In this document: one piece after another, positions 1-9,705 of the stretch | Layout of the letters: every line of letters starts with the position of its first letter | Position numbering within the stretch: position 1 is the first letter of the stretch | Source: Halalkalibacterium halodurans | Lineage (GTDB): Bacteria; Bacillota; Bacilli; Bacillales; Bacillaceae_D | Reading direction: 5' to 3' | Length of the DNA stretch: 32,000 nucleotides | Assembly: GCF_004376175.1 (NCBI RefSeq) | Contig: NZ_SNUY01000009.1 | Span: 32,203 to 64,202 of the forward strand | The notes under the pieces: model-generated | Databases searched by the model: none | What the model was told of the DNA's origin: nothing | Seen by the model: only the letters and a program-made list of their open reading frames with translations | Position numbers and translations under genes: made by a program

Positions 1-150
1 ATAGCTATAGCAAATATAGTTGTCATTCCAAAAACCTTGCTCGTACCACGGTGCAAAGTCAATATTAAAAATCCTTTTTGCTAGCTGGATAAAGGACTTT
101 CGATAAGGATCATGTGCTTTGTAATCTTTTATAAACTGATACGCTTCCAT
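1..150 (-). CDS. GNAT-family N-acetyltransferase, N-terminal 50 codons only (continues beyond the window edge)
   Basis: Minus-strand ATG at 148-150, 5 nt after a GAGGTG SD. The translation MEAYQFIKDYKAHDPYRKSFIQLAKRIFNIDFAPWYEQGFWNDNYICYSY resembles N-termini of a Bacillus GNAT subfamily (recalled, not searched). Confidence 0.5.
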   Translation of the reverse strand, partial: MEAYQFIKDYKAHDPYRKSFIQLAKRIFNIDFAPWYEQGFWNDNYICYSY

Positions 151-182
151 TTTCTCACCTCACCGGTGGATCGGTAGTCTTT

Positions 183-2015
183 TTAAGGGAGTCTCACATC
201 TTCCAAGCTTCCACCTTTTTCGAATAAGCGTCGAATGTTGGCTTCAACCGTTGGGTCTGGAATGAGTGGCGGCGCATGATGTGGTTTCGTTCGCACATCA
301 ATGATCATGTTGTCACAGCCCCAATGCTTGTTTTCATAAAAACTATTCACCCCGTACATATCATGGGAAGGATTGCTACGAGTGAACGTTACCCAAACGA
401 AATTGTTGATGTTTTTGCTAATGAATTCACTATCGTCACAGACAACAATCATTGGACATGACGGCAGCTCCCCATTTTGCGTGATCGTTTCACTGAATGC
501 ACGAAACTCCTCTTGTGCCCTTTCGTATGAAGTAAATGATGGGCCTTCGAGCGCTACAACCCCAGGCATAACGAGTCGAGGGTTTTGAAATGTCTGTAAT
601 CCCTTAAACAGCTCAGGCACCTCTTGGCACAGCTCTCGCTTTTTATCTCCATAAGCGGCAATAACGACCTTGCTCCCTGTATTCAATCCCGTTCCCGAAT
701 AATCGAGCGTATCAATCGTCGTATTCGTTTGAAAATGAATATCTCGGTGGAGGTCGATCCGCTCTAATAGATACGTTAAAAACTCTTCTTCTTTGTGTGT
801 GTTTAACGGCTTATCCTGTTCAGCAGTAATGAATAAATATTTAGCAAGACTTAGCTGGCCTGTCCCTAATATGCGATTCGCAATCGTTAACAGTTCCGCT
901 GGCTGTTTTACTTTTTGGTAAGGGGTATAACGCTCACTTCCGATCGCAAACAGGAGTGGATGGACACCGGCTGCGTCGACAGCATGCACTTCCTTCACAC
1001 CAGGGATCTCTTGCTTCACCGCATCTCCTGTTAACTCGTGAATAAGCGCCCCAAATGACGTATCTTCCTGTGGCGGGCGACCAACGACCGTAAACGGCCA
1101 AATCGCTCCTTGCTTTGCATACACTTTATGAACCTTCATAACCGGGAAGTCATGGATTAAGCTGTAGTAACCTAAATGATCACCAAACGGCCCCTCTGGC
1201 TTCGTGTCGCCGGGATGAATTTCTCCTGTAATCACAAAGTCAGCGTCATGACTAATGCAATAGCCGTCCACATAGCTGTAGCGGAACCGCCGGCCTGATA
1301 GGAGACCAGCAAATGTCATTTCGCTTAACCCTTCAGGAAGGGGCATAACAGCCGAAAGGGTATGGGCAGGTGGACCGCCTACAAAAATGCTAACCTTGAG
1401 TGGCTCTCCCTTTTGATTCGCTTTTGTCTGATGGACACCAATGCCGCGATGAATCTGATAGTGGAGCCCAACCTCTTGATCAAGCTCATACTCATTGCCA
1501 GTAAGCTGAACGCGATACATGCCTAAATTCGCATTCATGATCCCCGGTTTGTCAGGATCTTCGCTATACACTTGAGGGAGTGTAATAAACGCCCCACCGT
1601 CGTCTGGCCAATGCTGAATCAACGGTAAATCGGAAATGGTAATTTCCTCAAAGCCTGCGGGTAGCCGAGATTTTTTAAGCGGCAGCGCTTTGGAAGCAGC
1701 TAGGGCGGTTCGTGCATGAGCAAACGGATGTTTCAACGCACTCATCGGATCGTTCCGAAGCGCGACGACATTTTCAGCCGACTGCCACGTTTGGCGAAAA
1801 ATAAACTTGCTACGCTCCATTGTGCCAAACAAATTGGAGACGGCTTGATAGTTGGAACCTTTTACATTCTCAAATAACAGCGCGGGTCCGCCCGCTTCGT
1901 ACACTTTTAAATGAATCGCCGCCATCTCAAGGTACGGGTCGACCTCCTCACGAATGCGGATAAGGTGACCGTGCTTCTCTAAATCGTTAATGCATTCTTG
2001 TAAATTTTGATACAT
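183..2015 (-). CDS. UbiD-family (prenyl-FMN dependent) aromatic acid decarboxylase, about 610 aa
   Basis: 612-aa ORF with UbiD-like sequence throughout (N-terminus ...LIRIREEVDPYLEMAAIHLKVYEAGGPALLFENVKGS...). I trimmed the start to the ATG at 2015, which lies 8 nt after an AGGAGCG SD. The TTG at 2021 is too close to the SD. Confidence 0.85.
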   Translation of the reverse strand: MYQNLQECINDLEKHGHLIRIREEVDPYLEMAAIHLKVYEAGGPALLFENVKGSNYQAVSNLFGTMERSKFIFRQTWQSAENVVALRNDPMSALKHPFAHARTALAASKALPLKKSRLPAGFEEITISDLPLIQHWPDDGGAFITLPQVYSEDPDKPGIMNANLGMYRVQLTGNEYELDQEVGLHYQIHRGIGVHQTKANQKGEPLKVSIFVGGPPAHTLSAVMPLPEGLSEMTFAGLLSGRRFRYSYVDGYCISHDADFVITGEIHPGDTKPEGPFGDHLGYYSLIHDFPVMKVHKVYAKQGAIWPFTVVGRPPQEDTSFGALIHELTGDAVKQEIPGVKEVHAVDAAGVHPLLFAIGSERYTPYQKVKQPAELLTIANRILGTGQLSLAKYLFITAEQDKPLNTHKEEEFLTYLLERIDLHRDIHFQTNTTIDTLDYSGTGLNTGSKVVIAAYGDKKRELCQEVPELFKGLQTFQNPRLVMPGVVALEGPSFTSYERAQEEFRAFSETITQNGELPSCPMIVVCDDSEFISKNINNFVWVTFTRSNPSHDMYGVNSFYENKHWGCDNMIIDVRTKPHHAPPLIPDPTVEANIRRLFEKGGSLEDVRLP

Positions 2016-2247
2016 CGTCAATTCGCTCCTAGTTTTTTAGCATTTTGCCCGATAACGTTTTCTTACTTAAGTGTAACAGGTTCTCGCCCCTGTTCGCTAA
2101 CGACAAAATGATGAATATGAAAAAGAGGACGTTCTTAATAAGTAAAGGGTATTCGTAAAAAATGGTTCCTGTTCTCACAATAGTGGATATCAATCCCTAC
2201 TTTAAACATTAAGGACGCAAAAGCCCTCCATCGGATGGAATTTCACT

Positions 2248-2763
2248 TTACGGACTTTCGACCACGGTTACAACCTTTCCGTTCTGATCGGTAAACTCGA
2301 GCGAATAAACAGCGGTCACATCGTTTTCAAGTCGATCTAGCACAATGAACTCATCCTCTAAAAAGAGACTTTCACCTAACTTCTGGTGTTGTTTATCGTA
2401 ATAGGAGACAGCGGCCACAAGCTGGCGAAACTCCTTACTCACGAGAATCCCCACATATTGACCGTCGTTTCCTTCTAACGTGACAATCGTATAATCACCA
2501 TCAATACGTGCCTCTGCGCTCGCCTGCGTCTCTTCCCCAAATTCAGCGATACCCATTTGATCATCCGGTGTGACATAGAGCGCTAATAAGGATGGTTCAA
2601 GGGGCTGAGGGGTTGTTTGGCGTAGAACGTCCAACTGGTTCTCTTTCACATATTCAGAGAATCGAGCGGACATTTTCTCTGCTGGTGTTTTTTGCGTAGC
2701 TCCAATTATCACAATAACGGTTACTAAGAAAAGAGCGAATACAATCTTACCTTTATGCTTCAT
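2248..2763 (-). CDS. hypothetical membrane-anchored or secreted protein (N-terminal hydrophobic helix), 171 aa
   Basis: ORF 2248..2787. The ATG at 2763 follows an AAAGGAGA SD by 6 nt and gives MKHKGKIVFALFLVTVIVIIGA..., a signal-anchor-like N-terminus. No family recognised. Confidence 0.6.
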   Translation of the reverse strand: MKHKGKIVFALFLVTVIVIIGATQKTPAEKMSARFSEYVKENQLDVLRQTTPQPLEPSLLALYVTPDDQMGIAEFGEETQASAEARIDGDYTIVTLEGNDGQYVGILVSKEFRQLVAAVSYYDKQHQKLGESLFLEDEFIVLDRLENDVTAVYSLEFTDQNGKVVTVVESP

Positions 2764-3161
2764 GATTTTTCTCCTTTTTCCAATCAATAGCTTTACTATA
2801 GAAGATCATGGGGGGATGCGCAATGACTAGCAAACTTGGTTTGTCCTCAAGTTTATGGCGAAGCCCTCAGACAGGGGCCAATATCCATCAAAGGCTTCTT
2901 CATTTTTGGCTAGTTCACCTAAGGTGGTTGCAAAATAGTATATACCTATTTCACACAAGCGATTTTTGCTTTTATTGGGCAATAGATGCAGGGATCCCTT
3001 CGAGAAGAGAGAATAGGAAAAGTAGCTTTTTAGGAAAGGAGAACATTAATGAATGAGCCAACAGCGGAAAGAAAGCGAACCTTCGGACAGGCGATCCAGT
3101 TTGATTCGAGTAGTCTAGGTTCAGTTCATGAGATATAATTTTCATTTTTTTCAAATTTAAG

Positions 3162-3190
3162 TTGATTAAAACTTGAATAGTATATATAAC
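3162..3190 (+). promoter_or_regulatory. candidate sigma-A promoter (TTGATT-17 bp-TATAAC) for the 3281 gene
   Basis: -35 TTGATT at 3162-3167, 17-bp spacer, -10 TATAAC at 3185-3190, about 90 nt upstream of the start codon. Confidence 0.35.
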
Positions 3191-3280
3191 AAAAATAGTA
3201 CACATTAGGTAATATATTCCTTATATGTGGCGCTGCATTTGCGAGTACAAAGATTCTTTTTCGAAATAGGAGGAGCGTTT

Positions 3281-3910
3281 ATGAGCAAAACTAGAAAACT
3301 TTTATTCAGTGGTTTATTATCAGCTACAGTCGCTGTCGCAGTCTTCGGTACTGTTTCAGCACATGTAGACAAACCCGAAGTAGAAAACGAACTTGTAACA
3401 AAGACGGAAGCTCCATCTGAAGTGTCAATAAACAACTATGATACTTCCGATTATGTAGTTGAAATAACAGAAGAAGAGTTAAAAAGAGACTCATCTTCCT
3501 TACGAACACACGATTTTGAAACTGAAGAACCAGAAGTTGAAGATTTGAGTCAAATTGATGAAAGTGAGATTATCTACCTAGATGAACTCTCAGACGAAGT
3601 ATCAACAGACGATATTAGTATAGCAGCTGTCATGAATATCAGCCAAAGAATTTCGGGTGGTTCAAGGGTTGTTTTCAATACACAGGTTAGAAAAATCGAG
3701 AATAGCTCAGTATCATGGAATCTAGTTTGGGATAGCAGAGGAGATGCTAGAATTGGTGTTGTAGGTGCGGACAAAAAATTCTATTATCTCAATGACAGCA
3801 ACGGTTCGAGCGTACGTACCATGAGAATTACAAAAACTCAAAGCTATCGCTTTGCTATCAGAAATATGTCTTCATCAAGCGCTACGTTTAGTGGATGGAG
3901 AGATATGTAA
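3281..3910 (+). CDS. hypothetical secreted protein: signal peptide, acidic linker, C-terminal beta-rich domain (209 aa)
   Basis: ATG at 3281 follows an AGGAGG SD. The N-terminus MSKTRKLLFSGLLSATVAVAVFGTVSAHV is signal-peptide-like, and the D/E-rich middle is followed by a ~100-aa Ser/Asn/Arg-rich domain. No family recognised. The gene is visibly more AT-rich than its surroundings. Confidence 0.7.
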   Translation: MSKTRKLLFSGLLSATVAVAVFGTVSAHVDKPEVENELVTKTEAPSEVSINNYDTSDYVVEITEEELKRDSSSLRTHDFETEEPEVEDLSQIDESEIIYLDELSDEVSTDDISIAAVMNISQRISGGSRVVFNTQVRKIENSSVSWNLVWDSRGDARIGVVGADKKFYYLNDSNGSSVRTMRITKTQSYRFAIRNMSSSSATFSGWRDM

Positions 3911-3977
3911 AAGGCCTGAAAATATAGCATCGTCTTAGGGGCGATGCGCAAAGCCGAAGCAACAGCAAATAAACGAT

Positions 3978-4011
3978 GAGACCAAGACCCTTTAAATAGG
4001 ATCTTGGTCTC
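3978..4011. terminator. stem-loop between convergent genes (GAGACCAAGA...TCTTGGTCTC)
   Basis: Perfect 10-bp stem. It starts 3 nt after the stop of the minus-strand 4014 gene and has a T-rich tail on the minus strand. It lies 68 nt after the stop of the plus-strand gene. Confidence 0.6.
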
Positions 4012-4013
4012 GT

Positions 4014-4205
4014 TCATTTAACAAGAGCGTTCATTCGTATCAATCTCACAACGTTGTATAAACTAGTGCAAGTAATAATGAGTGCAATGACAATGTAAAG
4101 AGCGGCTCTTTCAATGAACTCATACGCGATGATGGAAGAACTGAGGATTCCTAAGGCAATCAATGCAAGAAAGCTGTAATACAACACTTTCAACTTATGA
4201 CCCAT
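4014..4205 (-). CDS. small two-helix membrane protein (63 aa), hypothetical
   Basis: The ORF has two clear hydrophobic segments and a terminator immediately downstream. The SD (GAGGAG) sits about 15 nt from the ATG, which is farther than ideal. Confidence 0.45.
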   Translation of the reverse strand: MGHKLKVLYYSFLALIALGILSSSIIAYEFIERAALYIVIALIITCTSLYNVVRLIRMNALVK

Positions 4206-4287
4206 TTTAATTCATCCACGCTCCTCTTTTTTAAAATGACATCTATAGTTTACCACCAATTGTCACGTTTCGGAACCTTCTTCCCCT

Positions 4288-4959
4288 TTATTTTACACCC
4301 TTTATAAACGTATGCACCGCTTGAGCATATAATGCTGGCTGATCTTTATGGACTAGATGACCGGCCATCGGAATGATTGAAAGGTGGATGCTTGGGTTCA
4401 ACGTTCGATACGTGATGGCTGCTGAAACCTCTAACTCCTGCATGTCTCCGACGATACGTAGTGCTGGAACGTTCAAATCGGATACATCACCAGTTTGATG
4501 AAAGGGGTAAAGTGAAACTTCATTCACTGGGGCTTTCTTTCGTCAGTGAATGTTAGTTGAACGAATCGGGTTGTTACTGGCGCTTATCTCCCATTATCTT
4601 TTTTTGTTGCCTCCAAACCTTGAGATGGGATGCTAGAGAACGATAACGACTTCACCATTTCAGGAAACTCTTTAGCAAAAAGCAGCCCGACAATCCCTCC
4701 AAGTGATACCCCCGCCAAATGACATTGGGTGACGTTCAAGGCCTTTAACGTATCAGCCAAATCTTTCACGCAATGGCCGAAGTAATCTCCATCAATCGTC
4801 CCTACTGACTTCCCGTGACCACGCAAATCGGGGCGAATGACCAGAACGTTTTATAAAGAAATCACGTTGTTCTTCATATTCCGTCGCCCCTGTCATTCCC
4901 CCTGAATGGAGAAAAACGAACGGATCCCCTTCACCAGTAACATAGGTATGTAAAATCAC
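4288..4959 (-). pseudogene. alpha/beta-fold hydrolase, disrupted by at least two frame breaks and too short in the cap region
   Basis: GTG at 4959 follows AAGGAGGG and gives VILHTYVTGEGDPFVFLHSGGMTGATEYEEQRDFF. The frame is lost near 4850 (A-run) and resumes as NVLVIRPDLRGHGKS...HLAGVSLGG (nucleophile elbow). A stop falls at 4584, and the C-terminal piece in another frame ends ...MAGHLVHKDQPALYAQAVHTFIKGVK (catalytic His region). Confidence 0.8.
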
Positions 4960-5082
4960 CCGTGACCCTCCTTTTTAAATCTTGTTCCCACTTCTAGATC
5001 ACAATCTCACGTTCATTTGTTTCGTTATAGCACCTGTAAAACCCTTTTACAGTTAGGCTTATGAAATTTTTCGGCTTTTTTA

Positions 5083-5112
5083 TTGACGATAAAATCCAAC
5101 GTATGATATTAT
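5083..5112 (+). promoter_or_regulatory. candidate sigma-A promoter with extended -10 (TTGACG-18 bp-TGaTATTAT)
   Basis: -35 TTGACG at 5083-5088 and -10 TATTAT at 5107-5112, preceded by TGa. It lies about 70 nt upstream of the CarD-like gene. Confidence 0.5.
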
Positions 5113-5180
5113 ATTTAATTTGATTAAAAAACCCACTTATGTTAACCTAAAGAAGGTTACCTTATATGGAGGTGGGTTAT

Positions 5181-5642
5181 TTGTTTCAAATTGGCGATCA
5201 CGTCGTTTATCCAATGCATGGAGCAGGTATCATTAAAGCCATAGAAGAAAAAGAAATAGCAGGAGAAAGAAAGCAATATTTTGTGATAAAAATGTCGATT
5301 AATAATATGGACGTTATGATTCCAGCGGATAAAATTTCGAGTACAAATATCCGTCCTGTAACGGACCTAACGGCATTAAAACAAATTATACACATCTTTC
5401 AGCACGGAGAGTCAGAGCAGTTACTTCCGTGGAAGGAAAGGTATAAAATGAACGCAGATAAAATGAAAACGGGCCATATTCAAGAAGGTGCTGAAGTTGT
5501 ACGCGATTTAATGCGTATAAAAAAAGAAAAAGCACTTAATCCAAGTGAAAAGAAAATGTTGGATGACGCACGTGAATTTTTAAATAGTGAATTAGGGTTA
5601 ATCGAAGGCATCACTGAAAATCATATTAAAAGCTTTAGTTAG
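5181..5642 (+). CDS. CarD/CdnL/TRCF-domain family transcriptional regulator (YdeB-like), 153 aa
   Basis: MFQIGDHVVYPMHGAGIIKAIEEKEIAGERKQYFVIKM... is the CarD_CdnL_TRCF RNAP-interacting domain. The TTG at 5181 is 6 nt after GGAGGTG. The ATG at 5166 given in the ORF track lies inside the SD. Confidence 0.8.
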   Translation: MFQIGDHVVYPMHGAGIIKAIEEKEIAGERKQYFVIKMSINNMDVMIPADKISSTNIRPVTDLTALKQIIHIFQHGESEQLLPWKERYKMNADKMKTGHIQEGAEVVRDLMRIKKEKALNPSEKKMLDDAREFLNSELGLIEGITENHIKSFS

Positions 5643-5960
5643 TTGGTCAACTGCTTTTTAGACACTCTCATCCATTTCCCGCTTACGTTCAATAAATGAT
5701 CCTCTTTTTTCTACACTTTCATCCTTATGATCGTACACATTTCTTCTACGAATTTTAACGTTACATCAACTTTCTCGATTCAAATAGTTACTTAATGTTT
5801 ACAAATCTGATTCACACTGGCGCGGTCAAGGAGCCGTAAGGATGGAAGAGAGGTAGGGCTTTCATTGTTTCAGGTAATACTAAGTCATTATGTTCAAGAA
5901 AATAAGATAACTCACTCTCCATTCATAAAAGAAAAAATATTCACCATTGAAACGATGCCC

Positions 5961-5998
5961 AAAAAGGATTAGAGCGACAATTGCTCTAATCCTTTTTC
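5961..5998. terminator. bidirectional intrinsic terminator (AAAAAGGATTAGAGC-loop-GCTCTAATCCTTTTT)
   Basis: 11-bp perfect stem flanked by an A-run and a T-run. It starts about 20 nt downstream of the lctP stop. Confidence 0.8.
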
Positions 5999-6018
5999 CA
6001 ATTTGTTTTAACGTATCT

Positions 6019-7593
6019 TTAAAAGAGTAGAGATAAAATATACGTCCATACCGAGACAAACACGAGTAATCCAAAGCTATATTTCAACGTCATTTTTGTT
6101 AAGGCTGCTTCATTGCCGGTTTCTCCAACCGCTGCCGTTGCAATAGCGATCGATTGCGGTGACACTAGCTTAGCCATGACGCCACCAGCTGTATTTGCAG
6201 CAACTAGTAATGAAGGATTGGTCCCGATAATCGAGCCTGCTGTCGTTTGAATCGGGGCAAATAATGTATTATTGTTCACGACTGAACCTGTCATAAATAC
6301 GCCAATCCACCCTAAGATTGGTGAAAGGAAGGGGAAGAACGCCCCTGTGGTGGCAACTGCCTCCCCTAAAGCCATCGTTAGACCCCCATAGGTCATTAAT
6401 TTTGCGATTCCAATAATGGCACAGATCATCATGATCGGAATGGAGAAGTCGACGATCACTTTTTTAAGAAGGCTAATACTCTCCTTCATGCGAATCGTTT
6501 TCGTAGTGGTTACGGTTGTAACTGCTGCTAATAGAATCGCGGTTCCTGTTGCTCCGATAAAATCAACCCCTACCTCAATCGATGATCCAGGGACAACAAA
6601 TGCCCACTTTGAAAACTCAAGTGCTCCCCCTTCAGCAAACAATCCTTTAAAGGCTGGTAAGCTCCAAAGAAAAACAAACATCGTTAACAAGTAAAACGGA
6701 GACCATGCCTTGATGACATCCTTTAATGAAGCATGTTCGGACTCACAACCGTTTCCGTTGAGTAAGAAGATGTTCCGCGGCTGCCATCTTTTAAGAAACA
6801 ACGCCAGTAAGCCCATGGTTAAGAGTGATGGTATAATATCGGCCAACTCTGGACCTATAAAGATTGTAATAAGGGCTTGTGACACAGTGTAAACGGAAGA
6901 TGTGACGAGAATGGCTGGGAGGATTTCCTTGATCCCTTTCCAACCGTCCATTAACCCAATAAGTAAAAATGGAATGGTAAAATTAATCATCGGCAGCGTC
7001 AAAGCTGTCATCATCGACACGTCCATTGACGTGACTTGACCTTCTAATCCAAGCGTATCAATAATACCAACCGGGATTCCAATCGCTCCAAATGCACCGG
7101 AAGCACCGTTTGCAATCAAACAAAGCATGGCTGCCTGCAATGGCTTAAAGCCTAATGATACTAAGAGAACCGCACAGATCGCAATCGGTACCCCGAAGCC
7201 CGCAGCCCCCTCAAGGAACGCATTAAAACAAAATCCGATGAGTAATAACTGAATTCGCTGATCTCTTGATATACCTATAATGCTTCCTCGTAACACAGCA
7301 AATTTTCCAGATGCAACCGCAATTTTATATAACCAAACGGCCATCACAATAATGTAACCGATCGGCCACAGTCCTTGCACAACCCCTTGTACAATACTGC
7401 CTATGGACTCGCCGAAAGGTAAATGAAATACGAGCCCAGCAATAAAAAACGTCACGAGTAAAGTCAAAAGAGCTGCTTGAATTCCTTGCATTTTGAAAAC
7501 AGTCAAGCATAAAAGGAGTAACAGGATCGGAATCGCTGCAACGAATGCTGATACGGCTAAATGTTGAAATGGATCGTATGTTTCAACTAACAT
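6019..7593 (-). CDS. lctP: L-lactate permease (LctP family), 524 aa
   Basis: Polytopic membrane protein with LctP-type sequence. AGGGAG SD. Starts 37 nt downstream of ldh, as in the Bacillus ldh-lctP operon. Confidence 0.9.
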   Translation of the reverse strand: MLVETYDPFQHLAVSAFVAAIPILLLLLCLTVFKMQGIQAALLTLLVTFFIAGLVFHLPFGESIGSIVQGVVQGLWPIGYIIVMAVWLYKIAVASGKFAVLRGSIIGISRDQRIQLLLIGFCFNAFLEGAAGFGVPIAICAVLLVSLGFKPLQAAMLCLIANGASGAFGAIGIPVGIIDTLGLEGQVTSMDVSMMTALTLPMINFTIPFLLIGLMDGWKGIKEILPAILVTSSVYTVSQALITIFIGPELADIIPSLLTMGLLALFLKRWQPRNIFLLNGNGCESEHASLKDVIKAWSPFYLLTMFVFLWSLPAFKGLFAEGGALEFSKWAFVVPGSSIEVGVDFIGATGTAILLAAVTTVTTTKTIRMKESISLLKKVIVDFSIPIMMICAIIGIAKLMTYGGLTMALGEAVATTGAFFPFLSPILGWIGVFMTGSVVNNNTLFAPIQTTAGSIIGTNPSLLVAANTAGGVMAKLVSPQSIAIATAAVGETGNEAALTKMTLKYSFGLLVFVSVWTYILSLLF

Positions 7594-7630
7594 AGTAACG
7601 GCTCCCTTGCCTTAGATGTTGATCGATTGT

Positions 7631-8599
<969 letters not shown>

Positions 8600-8756
8600 G
8601 ATTTTTTTAAAGTAAACTCGGCGATTGCCGAGCCTTCTGCTACAGGAGCGCATGCCATAGTTGTACATGCAACTCTAACCTGCCTCCACTTACAGTCTGT
8701 CCATTTCCCAAAATGAACATTCTTCTTGATGACCCATACCACTACTGAATTTCATT

Positions 8757-8774
8757 ATGTGAAGTATTTCACAT
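8757..8774. promoter_or_regulatory. Rex-type operator box 2 (ATGTGAA-GTAT-TTCACAT)
   Basis: Same 18-bp palindromic architecture, about 195 nt upstream of the ldh start. Confidence 0.7.
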
Positions 8775-8814
8775 GAAAAGAGATAAAAACAAGTTTGATA
8801 GCTCAATTCTTAAT

Positions 8815-8832
8815 TTGTGAACTATTTCACAT
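8815..8832. promoter_or_regulatory. Rex-type operator box 3 (TTGTGAA-CTAT-TTCACAT)
   Basis: Same 18-bp architecture, 58 bp centre-to-centre from box 2. Confidence 0.7.
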
Positions 8833-9047
8833 TTAAATTGTACTACAGCTTTTAGAAAACCGCAATATCATTTGTCGTACTAAATTTGTCTAAAAAATGA
8901 AGAAGAACATACGTACTATGACAGGAAACACAATCAATAGTTTCCGTTTCAGTTGTCTTCCCCTTAGTTCGTGATTATTAAAAATTGCCTTCGAGCCAGT
9001 TGAATTTTATTTCAAGAGGTCATATTAGAACAAAAAATAAACAATAA

Positions 9048-9347
9048 TTAAAGCTGCTTTCGTTTGTAATAGTACGCATAACATAGAATGAGCGTCATGA
9101 TAAACGTAGCTGCAACAATATAGACACCGTCCCAATCATTGGAGCTTCCAGTTAGGACCCACACTTCAAAAGGGATGAGAATTAGACATCCCAGCAGTAG
9201 AAGGCCCCATGGCATCATATGAAGTGTTTGTTTGATTTCCTTTCCCATCGATGAAGGCTTCTTTTTTTCAATGGAAATGATGTTATTAAGAACAACGATC
9301 ATTGTAATGACAGCACTGACAAGTAATACAACATTCATGGTTTCCAC
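9048..9347 (-). CDS. hypothetical small membrane protein (99 aa, 3 predicted TM segments)
   Basis: AAGGAG SD 8 nt before the ATG. Hydrophobic segments are separated by short polar loops. No family recognised. Confidence 0.6.
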   Translation of the reverse strand: METMNVVLLVSAVITMIVVLNNIISIEKKKPSSMGKEIKQTLHMMPWGLLLLGCLILIPFEVWVLTGSSNDWDGVYIVAATFIMTLILCYAYYYKRKQL

Positions 9348-9670
9348 TCCTTAAGGTACGATTTAAGATTCCCTTACTTTGATGACACGTTCTTTTTTTT
9401 AACTTGTCACCGATCTCCTCCGTTTTCTCGGTACGGTAATCCGTGGTGAAAAATGAGCAACCGGCCCCTTCCGAGCATGATCTTTTATAAGTACGAGATA
9501 AACAGATCAGAAGATTCAGATGAATAGAATAAAATTCCTATCCTCATATAAAAATCTGCTCATGATAGGGTCATTGATTTTCGTTTGTGTCCTATCATGA
9601 TCATACTACCTATTCTGGTTTTTTTCACCAATAAATGAGGGAAACTTAATGACAGCTGCTCAAATAATGC

Positions 9671-9696
9671 AAAAAACCCGCCAATTGGCGAGTTTT
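9671..9696 (-). terminator. intrinsic terminator of selO (AACTCGCC-AATT-GGCGGGTT + T6 on the minus strand)
   Basis: 8-bp stem (one G-U pair) followed by TTTTTT on the minus strand, about 10 nt after the selO stop. Confidence 0.8.
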
Positions 9697-9705
9697 GCAC
9701 TGGTC

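Noticed and set aside
2808-3205. Overlapping 82-aa (+) and 77-aa (-) ORFs in the 2.8-3.2 kb gap
   Set aside because: They mutually overlap, have no SD, and show low-complexity hydrophobic or odd composition. They were treated as noise in an AT-rich intergenic region.
8617-8632. CTCGGC-N4-GCCGAG hairpin also seen at 30154-30169: a possible REP-like repeat family
   Set aside because: There are only two copies with 6-bp stems and little flank similarity. That is too short to distinguish from chance without a genome-wide count.
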